A DNA stretch of 64,000 nt from Microcoleus sp. (GCA_042408215.1 JAYFMW010000020.1:352001-416000), one strand, 5' to 3'. Counted from the first letter of the stretch, positions 32,557 through 42,210 are shown. Translations and numbers: made by a program. The notes: generated by a model not told the origin, from the letters alone.

Positions 32557-34987
32557 TCACATTAAATTGGTATGAATAGGAAATGTGACAGTAAAAGTAG
32601 TTTTGCCATTACCGCTTTCAACCTCTATTTTCCCCTCCAATTGTTCGACAAGTTTCTGGGCTAAAGCTAAACCCAAACCAGTGCCTCCTTGTTTCCAAGG
32701 ATCGGCATTGGGAACGCGATAAAACTTCTCGAAAATCCGAGGCAATTGCTCTTGAGGAATTTCCGATTCATTGCTGAATGTAAATTTAATTTCAGTAGGA
32801 GAAGCACTGCCTTTTCTCCCGTTTCCACCTGGACACTGAACATCCAGAAAAATTTCGCCGTCCAGGGGAGTATATTTGCAGGCATTGTTGAGCAATTCAG
32901 CTAAAATTCTCCCCAAACTCGCGCGGTTGGAACTGATAGTGGGGAGGTGGCGATCGCACTCAACTCGCAGGTGCTGCTGGCGGTTTTGGGCGCGGGCGTA
33001 GAATGGTTCGATCATAGTAGGGCAACCAGACTTCTAAGTTGACAGGTTCCAGATCGATCGGACAAGCTGCTGCTTCGAGCCGCTGCAAATCGAGGAGAGC
33101 ATTAATCAGATCGGTTTCTCTAGTACATTCTGTTTGCAAAATTTCTAAATAAACCTGGTGTCGCTCTTTAGTAGGAGAAATTTGTAGCATATGAATAGCC
33201 ATTTTCATATTAGCTAAAGGCGTCCGCAGTTCGTGAGAAACTGTGCTGAGAAATTCATCTTTGAGGATATTTAGCTGCTGAAGTTCCTGGACTTTTTGCT
33301 GCAATTGGGCTGTACGTTCTTGGACTTGGCGTTCCAGATCTGTGTTGAGGTTTTGCACCTGCTGGTAAAGCTGTGCTTGCTGAATGGCGATCGCGATCTG
33401 AGTTGCCAGTTGCAGCAGCAAATCGACTTCTGAAGGCTGCCACTGCCGCGATTGCGAACATTGGTGGACGCACATCATCCCCCACAAATTATCGTCTTGC
33501 AAAATTGGCACGATCAAATAAGCTTTGATTTGCGCTTGCTGGAAGCGCGCATATTTTTCGTCGCTCAAACTGGCTTCGTCAATGTCGGGAACGGCATAAA
33601 TTTGGTGTTCAACCCCTGAGTCCGATTCTTGCCAAATAGTGTCGGCGAAGATTTCTCCCAAGATAGAAGACCAATTTTCGGCGACAGATTCTGCTACTAC
33701 CATGCCGGAATTGCTAGACTCCAAATGCAGGATTGCTACCCGGTCAGCTTCTAAAACTTGCCGGACTTCATCGACGCTGGCGTTGAGAATTTCTTCGAGG
33801 TTTAAAGATTGGTGAATCCGCAAGGCAATTTGAGTCAACAGCCGATCGCGCTGGGCCTGTTCGTTCAGTTTTGCCGTCCGTTCCCGCACCTGCTGTTCCA
33901 GTTTGGTATTGCGGCTTTGTAGCAGTTCCACTTTTTCGGCTTGGAGTTGATAAACCGACTGCTGCAACTGTTTGACAACTCGGTACATTTCGCTCGGATC
34001 GAGGACTCTGAGCAAGCTGGTTTGAGTAATAATTCCCAACATTTCTCCGCGCCCCCCGCACACAACCAACTGCTGCACTTGTTGCTGCTGCATTTGTTGG
34101 TGTGCCGTCCACAGCAAATCAGCAGGTTTGAGAAATTGTAAGGGAGTTCTCATTACTTTGAAAGCTGGCATTTCCTCGAAATCTAGTTCCAGAAACTGCG
34201 CCTGCACGATGTCGTATTCGGTAATAATCCCCTGGGGTTGGTGAAAGGAATAGTGAAAAATGGAGGTATAGTCATTTTTGAGCTTCTCCATTTTTAATTC
34301 TTTATTTTTGGTAATGACTACGCAACTGACTTGATGCTCTGACATCAGTTGCGCTATGCTTTTGAGCGAGGCGGTGTGGGCCGCTGTAATCGGTGTAGTC
34401 ATCAATTCTGCGACCCGCCGCAATTTGAGAATGTTTGAAGGCTGCAATACTTGGCGAATTCTTTCCCGCGTCAGCACTCCTACCAAGTGCCGAAATTCGT
34501 TGACGATCGGCAAATAGCGAATTCCGTGCTGGCGAAATAAGGATAAAGCGGTGAACAGGTCTTGGTCGTCGGATTTGGTTAGGGATACCGACACCGGCGA
34601 CATCACTTCGGAAATCGGTATTTTGTCTAGGGCTAGTTTTTGGTGAGTGTCTATTTTGCCAGCAGCGATCAGCCGAACTAAGTCGGCGGGAGTTAATATT
34701 CCGATCGGCAGCCCTCGGCTGGGGCTGTCCGATACATTACCTGTGGCGCTCCGAGGCTGGTTCTGCACCACCAGCACGCAGTGAGCCCGCATTTTGTCCG
34801 GTGGGAGCGCTTCGTTCATCCCCCCGCCTTCAGAGGGTAAAGGCCTCTTGGGTAAGGGACAACTGTTGTGCAATTGGCTGATGAGCCCGATCGCCACTGC
34901 TAGAGAGGTTTCGGGCCCGGCCGTTAAGGGGTAGCGGTCGATCGCTTGTTCTAAGGCTGAGGAGTAAAAGGGCGGGTAAAAGGGCAT
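32557..34987 (-). pseudogene. CBS-GAF-HisKA-HATPase sensor kinase split by a +1 frameshift
   Basis: SHELRTPL H-box; frameshift ~33020 (WLPYYD vs WLPTMIEP); ELLNNACKY and GGTGLGL in the second frame. Confidence 0.85.
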
Positions 34988-35245
34988 AGTAGATCGCAGG
35001 TTTGTCGGAACACGGCTGACTCTGAGTAAAGCTTGGGGAACAGAAACACCTCGCCTGTGGGCGAATTTTCAATGATAGACTGTCTAATTTATTTTTCCAC
35101 TCAACACCAAAGTGTCGATCGGAGCACTCATCTACAATTGCCGAATCTCAAATCTCTTGGGGGTTTTCACTGCTTTTTTTCTCCTGAGACTCTCCTATAA
35201 TTAAAATCAGCGAAATGTAAAGTTTTACTAAAAGATTGACCGCTA

Positions 35246-35920
35246 ATGACAACTTTAAGCTTAAAGGAAATTGCAGCCAAGTTAGAAAGCCAAAATTCAG
35301 CCGATCGAATGGTAGCTTTGGCCAACTTGCGGAATGTGCCGGCTGCTCTTGCGGTGCCTTTGATTAAAAAGGTTTTGAACGACGAAAGTTTGCAGGTGCG
35401 ATCGATGGCGGTGTTTGCTCTTGGAGTTAAACCGACGGAAGAGTGCTATCCCATTCTAATCAAATTGCTAGAAAGTGACCCGGATTACGGGATTCGCGCT
35501 GACGCTGCCGGTGCTTTGGGCTATCTCGAAGATATCAGAGCTTTTGAGGCTTTGGTGCGGGCTTTTTATGAGGATACGGAATGGCTGGTGCGCTTCAGTG
35601 CTGCGGTTTCTCTGGGGAATCTCAAAGATCCGCGAGCTCGCGATGTGTTGCTGAAAGCTCTCGAAAGCGAGCAAGTAGTGATTCAGCAGGCGGCAATTTC
35701 AGCTTTGGGGGAAATTAAGGATATTGGGGCGATCGATCGCATTCTGAATTTTGCTCAGTCAGAAGATTGGCTAATCCGTCAGCGGCTAGCGGAAGCTTTG
35801 GGAAATTTGCCTAGTCCCAAAAGCATCTCGGCGTTGAAATACTTAGCAAAAGATGCTAATTCTCAAGTATCGGAGGCGGCAACAATTTCTCTCGATCGCC
35901 TGTCAAAAGCAGAAGGATAA
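35246..35920 (+). CDS. nblB: HEAT-repeat phycobilisome degradation protein NblB-like
   Basis: PBS-lyase HEAT repeats: RSMAVFALG, DPDYGIRADAAGALG, WLVRFSAAVSLG. Confidence 0.8.
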   Translation: MTTLSLKEIAAKLESQNSADRMVALANLRNVPAALAVPLIKKVLNDESLQVRSMAVFALGVKPTEECYPILIKLLESDPDYGIRADAAGALGYLEDIRAFEALVRAFYEDTEWLVRFSAAVSLGNLKDPRARDVLLKALESEQVVIQQAAISALGEIKDIGAIDRILNFAQSEDWLIRQRLAEALGNLPSPKSISALKYLAKDANSQVSEAATISLDRLSKAEG

Positions 35921-35999
35921 TAGATAGCGATACTTTTTTTGTAAGTGTTTCATTTTCGCGCTTTTAAGCCGGGGATGAAACACCGATCGCCTAATTGAT

Positions 36000-36426
36000 T
36001 CAGCCCTCTGCTAGATCGCACCGACTTCTCAGTTGTTGAGGTGAGAAAATGGGAATAGGCGACCCTGGGAATCCATTCACATCACGGGTAACGATCGCCT
36101 CTAAGTCTAACTCGATCGCACAGGCTATCTGCACCGCATCTTCAAAATCCGGCAATCAAGGGCGCGATCGCTTCCTCCAGAACATCTCGATCCACCGCAC
36201 AAATTTCCATCAATGTCAAAAGTCGAGTTACGGCGGAAATCCCAGCTTCAGAACTCTTGGTTTGTCGTCCCACCAAATAATGCACATCCGTAACCGTTGT
36301 CGCCGACATACACCCTTCAACTCGCCCCGATTCAACTGCATTCAGTAAAAAAGCAGCATCCGCTAAAAAAGGTTCCCGGCCAAGCATTGCATCCAGTAAA
36401 ACATTGGTATCAAATAAAACTTTCAT
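36000..36426 (-). pseudogene. PIN-domain (VapC-like) toxin, frameshifted
   Basis: VLFDTNV; DFEDAVQ and IVTRD lie in another frame after ~36160. Confidence 0.82.
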
Positions 36427-36653
36427 CACAGATACTTTTGTACTAACCGCTCATCTAACATTGCCTTTACTTCTGCATCTGTAGGAGGTGGCGCGTCCGT
36501 TTTCGCAATGCCAATTAAACTCGCAGCTAAACCCTTCGGTTTCACCTTCGATCGGGGTTTCGGTTGGAGCGATCGCATCAAAGCATTGATTAACTGCCAT
36601 CGCTCCTCGGCAGACAATCTCAGCGATCGGTCTTGAAGTTCGCGTAATGTCAT
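36426..36653 (-). CDS. Putative antitoxin of the PIN toxin
   Basis: Small ORF overlapping the PIN start; LS.EERWQL motif. Confidence 0.7.
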   Translation of the reverse strand: MTLRELQDRSLRLSAEERWQLINALMRSLQPKPRSKVKPKGLAASLIGIAKTDAPPPTDAEVKAMLDERLVQKYL

Positions 36654-36705
36654 AATAGTTTTATCTTTGACAGAAAACATTGGACAAGCAGGCAAGTATA
36701 TAAAT

Positions 36706-36842
36706 CAATACGGTTTACTTAACACTATTTACGCCCGGAGATCCCCCTCGCATCCCCCGATCGAAGACCCACTTTAAGAGCTTCTTGTCCCCCCCTTGGG
36801 AAAGGGGGGTTAGGGGGGATCTGTCTTAAGTGAACCGTATTG
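36706..36842. mobile_element. 137-bp MITE with 17-bp TIR and perfect 10-bp TSD
   Basis: GTATATAAAT-CAATACGGTTTACTTAA...TTAAGTGAACCGTATTG-GTATATAAAT. Confidence 0.88.
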
Positions 36843-36934
36843 GTATATAAATACCCCCGCTTCAAAGTTTAGCGCCTCAAGTGATATAATGTTATCTTCT
36901 TAAAAAGACTTAATTTTTCGGAACAGTGAGTTAA

Positions 36935-37195
36935 ATGCCCTACAGTCAATTTAGCATCGAACAAATTAAGACAAATTTTGGCATAACTTTTACTAGGAGG
37001 GTTGGGTTGTTTGCCGATATTCCCGAAATCGAACCCAGCATTTTTTTGCAAGAAACTTTGCAATTCAATCTACCTTTAGCACTAGAAATAAATTCCGAGA
37101 AAGCTCGCTCCGAGCTAATTGTCGCGCCGATATTAGTTGAAATCAAAAAACGGCTGCCGGAACGGATGAGTTTATTTTCCGGTCGAGAATTCAAT
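36935..37195 (+). pseudogene. 5' half of conserved cyanobacterial PD-(D/E)xK-like protein interrupted by insertion
   Basis: SEKARSE.IVAPIL...SLFSGREFN joins in frame to [13 protein letters not shown] at 39828. Confidence 0.85.
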
Positions 37196-37350
37196 AGACC
37201 TCTTGCAAAATAATTTTATGCTATAATCAAGGGTTTGGCTTAAGTGGAGCAGATTGCAGGTTAGATCAGCACTTTACAATTATGAGTTAGCTCTCAGGTC
37301 TAAAACTCAAAGCCTTTAATTCTAACATAGATTTTTTTTGCAAGAGGTCT
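37196..37350. mobile_element. Left MITE (155 bp)
   Basis: AGACCTCTTGCAAAA...TTTTGCAAGAGGTCT flanked by AAT on both sides. Confidence 0.85.
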
Positions 37351-37454
37351 AATTATTAACTCACTACCCATTCAACCATTACCTCTACGTTGCCTTTTTC
37401 CATAAAAGCCTAAACTTCAATCAGCCTTGAATCATAAAAACTGAGCCGCAATGA

Positions 37455-37560
37455 TATAGCGTTTCTCAGAAAGATGAGGTATGCCGAGGTATGCTGCAAC
37501 CCTTACAGTATCAAGCTTTTCTTGGCAAAATGGCACCTCACTTTTTAGAGAAAGGCTATA
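37455..37560. mobile_element. TATAG...CTATA MITE
   Basis: TATAGCGTTTCTC...GAGAAAGGCTATA, internal TGAGGT/ACCTCA. Confidence 0.65.
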
Positions 37561-37578
37561 CCTCACGAAGGATTTGCG

Positions 37579-37665
37579 GCATAACGGTCTAGTTGAGCCG
37601 CTACAGATGACCTTTGGATTTTAAAGATCACTTTTGATGAAGTCGGCTCCAACGCAGTGTTAGGC
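37579..37665 (-). other. Integron attC recombination site
   Basis: Minus strand GCCTAAC-N5-GTTGGAGCCG...CGGCTCAAC-N6-GTTATGC, one extra base in L''; 2 nt after the antitoxin stop. Confidence 0.75.
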
Positions 37666-37667
37666 GG

Positions 37668-37955
37668 CTATACGGGAGTAGCTCGTAAACGGATACCAAG
37701 TGATTGTATAACTCTTAAAACAGTAGCAAATTCTGGATTACCTTCGAGGGACAAAGATTTATAGAGGCTTTCACGTCCTAATCCTGTTTCACGCGCAATA
37801 TTTGTCATTCCCTTAGATCTAGCAATGTCACCCAATGCTGCTACCACTAGATTAGGATCGCCATCTTCAAGAGCGGCTTCAAGATAAGCTGCCATATCTT
37901 CTTTAGTTTCTAGATGCTTTGCTGCATCCCAAAGATAGGTTGGAACTTTGTTCAT
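37668..37955 (-). CDS. Addiction module antidote, HTH (HI1420/HigA-like)
   Basis: YLEAALE, ALGDIARSKGM..IA..TGLGRESLYKSLS..GNP. Confidence 0.9.
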   Translation of the reverse strand: MNKVPTYLWDAAKHLETKEDMAAYLEAALEDGDPNLVVAALGDIARSKGMTNIARETGLGRESLYKSLSLEGNPEFATVLRVIQSLGIRLRATPV

Positions 37956-37972
37956 GAGATCTCCTATAGGTT

Positions 37973-38250
37973 TTATGATAAGTCTAAGGCTGTTTTGATA
38001 TCCCGATCTTGGGTACGTTTATCTCCACCTGCAAGCAAGACAATTAACGTATTTCCTCGCTGTATGAAATACACGCGATATCCTGCACCATAGTCAATAC
38101 GGAGTTCTGACACACCTTTTCCTATCGGTTTTACGTCACCAGGATTGCCCATAGACAATCGCCGAATACGTCGATACGCGCCCTAGCTTCCCGATCGCGC
38201 AGTGATTTAAACCACCGAGAATAGATTTCAGTCTCCCGAATTTCAATCAT
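37973..38250 (-). pseudogene. RelE/HigB-like addiction module killer (HI1419-like), frameshifted
   Basis: MIEIRETEIYSRWFKSLRDREARARID, then frameshift ~38168; GNPGDVK.IG.GVSELRIDYGAGYRVY..LLAGGDK. Confidence 0.85.
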
Positions 38251-38256
38251 GCTTTG

Positions 38257-38275
38257 ATTGTATCCTATGAGATAC
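38257..38275 (-). promoter_or_regulatory. Putative TA promoter -10 (TACAAT) overlapped by GTATC-N6-GATAC operator; leaderless start
   Basis: Palindrome at 38260-38275; -10 ends 6 nt before ATG 38250. Confidence 0.5.
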
Positions 38276-38420
38276 GGAGAAACAAGCAATAGGAAAACTT
38301 GCTTAACTACTTTTGTTCAAGCAAAGATAAGGTGCGTTACATTTCATTAACGCACCCTACAAGATCGGAGATCGCACTGTCATTATGAATATGTGCAACG
38401 TCAATTTTATTCCCAATAAA

Positions 38421-38999
38421 TTAAATTTTCGGAAAACAAGCGTCAAATACTTCAGTTAAGTCAATGATTTTCGCCTGCCAAGCCGCTTCTCCTTCTAATG
38501 CTTTTAGCGCAGAACCTCGGATCATAAATACATTGTCACCTGGATAATCGTTATTAGACAACATCTCACGCACTTCCATTTCAACTAATACTAGTGCTTC
38601 ATCATCATCGGATATATCGCACTTGTTCAGAAATGTCGCAATATAGGGAATACCAGCCTGTTTTGCCATTTCGACCTGTTCACTGGTTTGCGATGTCAGC
38701 CCTTCGGTCACAGAAACAACTAGAATTGCGCCATTGAATTTAACATCCCCTGCAAGCACATTGTTCAAATCATCGGCATTACTTGGATAGTCAACATGGG
38801 TATAGTGACGCACTGGAGTATCGTATTCTACAGTATGAGAAGTCGTAATTTGCTCGAAGGAATTTTCTTGACCACCAAATCGTTTCGCCGTTACCTTGGA
38901 TAGTGCCGCAGTAAGTGTAGTTTTACCGTGACCTGTATGACCAATGGTAATAATATTGTTGTGCTGTTTAGTACGTTGAAATGCTTCTTGTGATGACAT
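38421..38999 (-). CDS. Stand-alone EF-Tu G-domain homolog (no domains II/III)
   Basis: GHTGHGKTTLTAA, VEYDTPVRHYTHVD, GAILVV, FLNKCD, VEMEVRE, RGSALKALEG; ends at the domain I boundary. Confidence 0.85.
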   Translation of the reverse strand: MSSQEAFQRTKQHNNIITIGHTGHGKTTLTAALSKVTAKRFGGQENSFEQITTSHTVEYDTPVRHYTHVDYPSNADDLNNVLAGDVKFNGAILVVSVTEGLTSQTSEQVEMAKQAGIPYIATFLNKCDISDDDEALVLVEMEVREMLSNNDYPGDNVFMIRGSALKALEGEAAWQAKIIDLTEVFDACFPKI

Positions 39000-39167
39000 G
39001 GTGTTAACCAGAAGTGTTGTTTTTTTGATTTATAGAGAACAATTAATTTTACTTTACAAGATCGCCTCAAACCATGAAAGCTAAAATGTTCATTCAGTAG
39101 AATGCGTTGGTTTGACATCAACACATTCTACAAGATAGGCGATCGCACTGCGTTAGTTAAGATTAAA

Positions 39168-39395
39168 TTACAGCTCAATTACATTGCCAGCCTGACGACC
39201 AAGTTTTTGGCTTGGGCTTGGTATAAAGGTAAATTCTACCCTCTGCCCTTTCTCCAAAGTTTTGAAGCCTCTCTTCGTCATCTGGATTGCAGAAAAGTGT
39301 ACGTATATATCCTCAGTGCCGTCATCTGAACAGATAAAGCCAAAACCTTTTTCAGCATTGAAGAATGTTACTGTACCCGTCATTTTTTCAGACAT
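39168..39395 (-). CDS. Cold-shock domain protein (CspA family)
   Basis: RNP1 KGFGFI, RNP2 YVHF, GFKTL..GQRV.F. Confidence 0.92.
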   Translation of the reverse strand: MSEKMTGTVTFFNAEKGFGFICSDDGTEDIYVHFSAIQMTKRGFKTLEKGQRVEFTFIPSPSQKLGRQAGNVIEL

Positions 39396-39432
39396 AAAAA
39401 CTTCCTAAAAGTTATTTACTTGGCTGTCTAAT

Positions 39433-39501
39433 AGACATCTCCTAAAAAGACTTTCAAGAACAGGCAAGATGCCTGTTCCACAATAATTATGGGAGAGGTC
39501 T
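39433..39501. mobile_element. 69-bp AGAC...GTCT mini-MITE in the csp leader
   Basis: Same size and hairpin as 571-639. Confidence 0.65.
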
Positions 39502-39646
39502 AGTTTATAATTGTATCGCAGTTGCGGTACAATACTATATACAGCGGAATAATACCGCAGATCGAGGATGTATGTCAACCCCTTCTTACTGCCCATCGGA
39601 ATCTCCTTTCCTCGATTAATTGCTCGATCGCCAAACTCAACCCAAT

Positions 39647-39824
39647 AGACCTATTGCAAAAAAAATATGTGTTATACTTAAAAGTTTGCTCAAGTTTAGG
39701 TCAAATTTTGGTCAAACTTTGAATTATTGGGTTGATTGGCATCTCCTTAAACTTGCCCAGCCTACTAAATCATAAAATTAGCTAGACTTTCTATAATAGC
39801 ACAAAATTATTTTGCAATAGGTCT
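39647..39824. mobile_element. Right MITE (178 bp), inverted relative to the left MITE
   Basis: AGACCTATTGCAAAA...TTTTGCAATAGGTCT flanked by AAT on both sides. Confidence 0.85.
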
Positions 39825-39827
39825 AAT

Positions 39828-40166
39828 GTGGATGCTGCTAGGGGCTTGAGCGGTTATTGCGATTTTCTAATTAGCCGATCGCCCGAACAGCTAGTCATTG
39901 AATCCCCAGTTGTCGCCTTGGTTGAAGCCAAAAATGATAACATTCAATCCGGCTTAGGACAGTGCATGGCAGAAACGATCGCAGCCCAAATATTTAACCA
40001 GCGTCAAGAAAATGACATTCAGACAATTTATGGAGTTGTCACAACTGGGAGTATCTGGAAATTTTTTAAGTTAGAAGGAATTGCGATCGAGATGGATACC
40101 AATGAATATTTTATCAATAATGTTGGTAAAATACTCGGTATCTTAATAAATTTTATAGAGTCTTGA
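39828..40166 (+). pseudogene. 3' half of the interrupted gene starting at 36935
   Basis: GYCDF, LVEAK, GLGQC.AE..AAQ.FN, YGVVTTG..WKF. Confidence 0.85.
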
Positions 40167-40307
40167 GTTAAACCTCAATCCCGGTAGGGACACGGCATTG
40201 CCGTGTCCCTACTTCATAAACCTGTAATACGCTGTATTATTTAAGCTGCGAGGGCAAATCGCAAGCTAAAATAGTTATTGATATCCTTTGTTCAACCAAA
40301 CCCAGCC

Positions 40308-40571
40308 ATGAATCAACTACCGAATCCGTTTAACTCAAATCCATCCAATCCCCTAGACCCCTTAAATCAAGATCCCGATCGACTTGATGACGAAGGTGGA
40401 GAATTGCCGAAACGCTACCATCCAGCAACTAAAAAAACTCTGCAAAAATTATTCATCATCCTGATAGTTGGCGGTGCAATTATTGGGGGAATTCTATCTA
40501 TAGCTGTGCTCTCGCTGATGCAAAAAGCCGGACTGACAGATGTGCCAGCCAGGGTAGAGAATTCTAAGTAA
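40308..40571 (+). CDS. Hypothetical single-TM protein
   Basis: ORF with one hydrophobic segment, GLT..P motif. Confidence 0.6.
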   Translation: MNQLPNPFNSNPSNPLDPLNQDPDRLDDEGGELPKRYHPATKKTLQKLFIILIVGGAIIGGILSIAVLSLMQKAGLTDVPARVENSK

Positions 40572-40670
40572 TATCAAATCCGCAGGATATTTTGATATTA
40601 AATGCACCAACTTTCTGGGATCAAGCTGGAAAAAATATCAAGTTGTGTATGGATGTTTTCAGAATAATTG

Positions 40671-41030
40671 ATGCTTAAAAAATCGACAATTACACCGGAT
40701 TTGGTAGGGAAGCCCCAAATTTCAGGTAAACTGATTGCTGCGGGCTTTCACGCTCTTTCTGACCCCCTGCGGATTCAGATTTTGGAGTTGCTGCGGGAAC
40801 AGGAATTGTGCGTTTGCGAATTGTGCGATCGACTTTGTGTCCCTCAGTCTAAACTCTCTTTCCACCTCAAAACCCTAAAAGAAGCAGCTTTAGTCCGCAG
40901 CCGCCAAGAAGGGCGCTGGATCTACTACAGCCTCAATCTAGCTCAGTTTATCGCCCTGGAACAGTACCTGTCGGACTATCGGCGATGCGGCCAGCTCCTG
41001 CCGGCCCGCCCTTGCTCCGAGGCAGATTAA
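40671..41030 (+). CDS. arsR: ArsR/SmtB family repressor
   Basis: ALSDPLR, ELCVCELC, SKLSFHLK.L, GRWIYY. Confidence 0.92.
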   Translation: MLKKSTITPDLVGKPQISGKLIAAGFHALSDPLRIQILELLREQELCVCELCDRLCVPQSKLSFHLKTLKEAALVRSRQEGRWIYYSLNLAQFIALEQYLSDYRRCGQLLPARPCSEAD

Positions 41031-41080
41031 CCCATCAACATTTCTTAATGTGTTTATTGCCTATTTGTCTTCCATCATAC

Positions 41081-41108
41081 TTGACATATCAAATTTTATT
41101 GATATGAT
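41081..41108 (+). promoter_or_regulatory. Sigma70 promoter overlapped by ArsR box ATCAA-N6-TTGAT
   Basis: TTGACA-N16-TATGAT with ATATCAAATTTTATTGATAT between. Confidence 0.75.
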
Positions 41109-41145
41109 GCAACAGTACCCTTAGTTATGGCATTGGGTAAAATCA

Positions 41146-42174
41146 ATGAACCCAGCAGAAAAGCCCAAGGTTTTCGCACTTGGTATAATTGCTTTGACAA
41201 TCGGTGCGATCGCGCTCCTGAACTCCTGCGGACAAGTCCAGTCGCAAGAATCCCAGAGCATTAAAATAGACGGTTCCAGCACTGTCTATCCAATTACGGA
41301 TGCGATGGCAAAAGAATATCAAAATACGAATCCCAAAAAAGCATCAATTACTGTTGAATTCTCCGGGACCGGCGGCGGATTTAAAAAATTTTGTGCGGGC
41401 GAAACAGACATTAGCAACGCCTCGCGACCCATCCGCCCAGAAGAAATGGAAGCCTGCAACAAAGCTGGCATCCGCTACTACGAATTGCCTGTGGCATTTG
41501 ATGCTCTCACAGTAGTAGTTAACCCCAAAAATGACTGGGCAAAAGATATTAATCTAGAGGAATTGAAAAAACTTTGGGAACCAGCCGCTCAAGGAAAAAT
41601 TACCCGCTGGAATCAGATTAGACCTAATTGGCCAAACCGACCGATAACCCTCTACGGTGCAGGCAAAGATTCCGGTACATTTGACTACTTCACAGAAGCA
41701 ACAGTAGGTACTGCGAAAGCAAGTCGAACCGACTATACAGCTAGTGAAGACGATACCGTTTTAGTGCGCGGAGTTATCAACGATCCAAATGCCTTGGGTT
41801 ACTTTGGCCTAAGCTATTACGAAGCCAATCAAACTCAATTAAAAGCATTAGGAATTGACAATGGCAAAGGGCCAGTTATGCCCTCCCACGAAGCTGTAGA
41901 AAAAGCTCAATATCAACCTCTCGCCCGACCTCTTTTTATCTACGTCAGTTACACCGCCGCTCAAAGTAAAATAGAACTACGCAACTTTGTAGAATTCTAC
42001 ATGAAGAAAGCTCCGAGCTTAGTTAGTTCTGTGGGTTATATTCCTTTACCAAAAGAAGGCTATCAACTAATTTATCAGCACTTCTACAATGGCAAAGTTG
42101 GAACTGTGTTTGGCGGCGAGGCTCGTTTTGACTCAACAATTGGGGAGTTATTACGACAGCAGGCAACTTTTTAA
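41146..42174 (+). CDS. pstS: PstS-family phosphate-binding lipoprotein
   Basis: Lipobox [27 protein letters not shown]. Confidence 0.88.
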   Translation: MNPAEKPKVFALGIIALTIGAIALLNSCGQVQSQESQSIKIDGSSTVYPITDAMAKEYQNTNPKKASITVEFSGTGGGFKKFCAGETDISNASRPIRPEEMEACNKAGIRYYELPVAFDALTVVVNPKNDWAKDINLEELKKLWEPAAQGKITRWNQIRPNWPNRPITLYGAGKDSGTFDYFTEATVGTAKASRTDYTASEDDTVLVRGVINDPNALGYFGLSYYEANQTQLKALGIDNGKGPVMPSHEAVEKAQYQPLARPLFIYVSYTAAQSKIELRNFVEFYMKKAPSLVSSVGYIPLPKEGYQLIYQHFYNGKVGTVFGGEARFDSTIGELLRQQATF

Positions 42175-42210
42175 GTTTTTGTCAGCAATTTTAACTTACC
42201 ATTTAACTAA

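Larger units (their letters stand above)
37196..39824. mobile_element. Composite element bounded by two inverted AGACC..TGCAAAA MITEs, AAT duplication
   Basis: Outer ends AGACCTCTTGCAAAATAATTTTATGCTA / TAGCACAAAATTATTTTGCAATAGGTCT; removing it restores the ORF. Confidence 0.88.

Noticed and set aside
33370..33820. Cyanobacteriochrome GAF
   Set aside because: No DxCF or CH bilin-binding cysteine motif is visible
35950..35982. Second IS605 end
   Set aside because: Only a degenerate single hairpin, with no partner end found
38421..38999. Functional tuf gene
   Set aside because: Lacks domains II/III, switch I and the catalytic His; no frameshifted continuation is visible downstream
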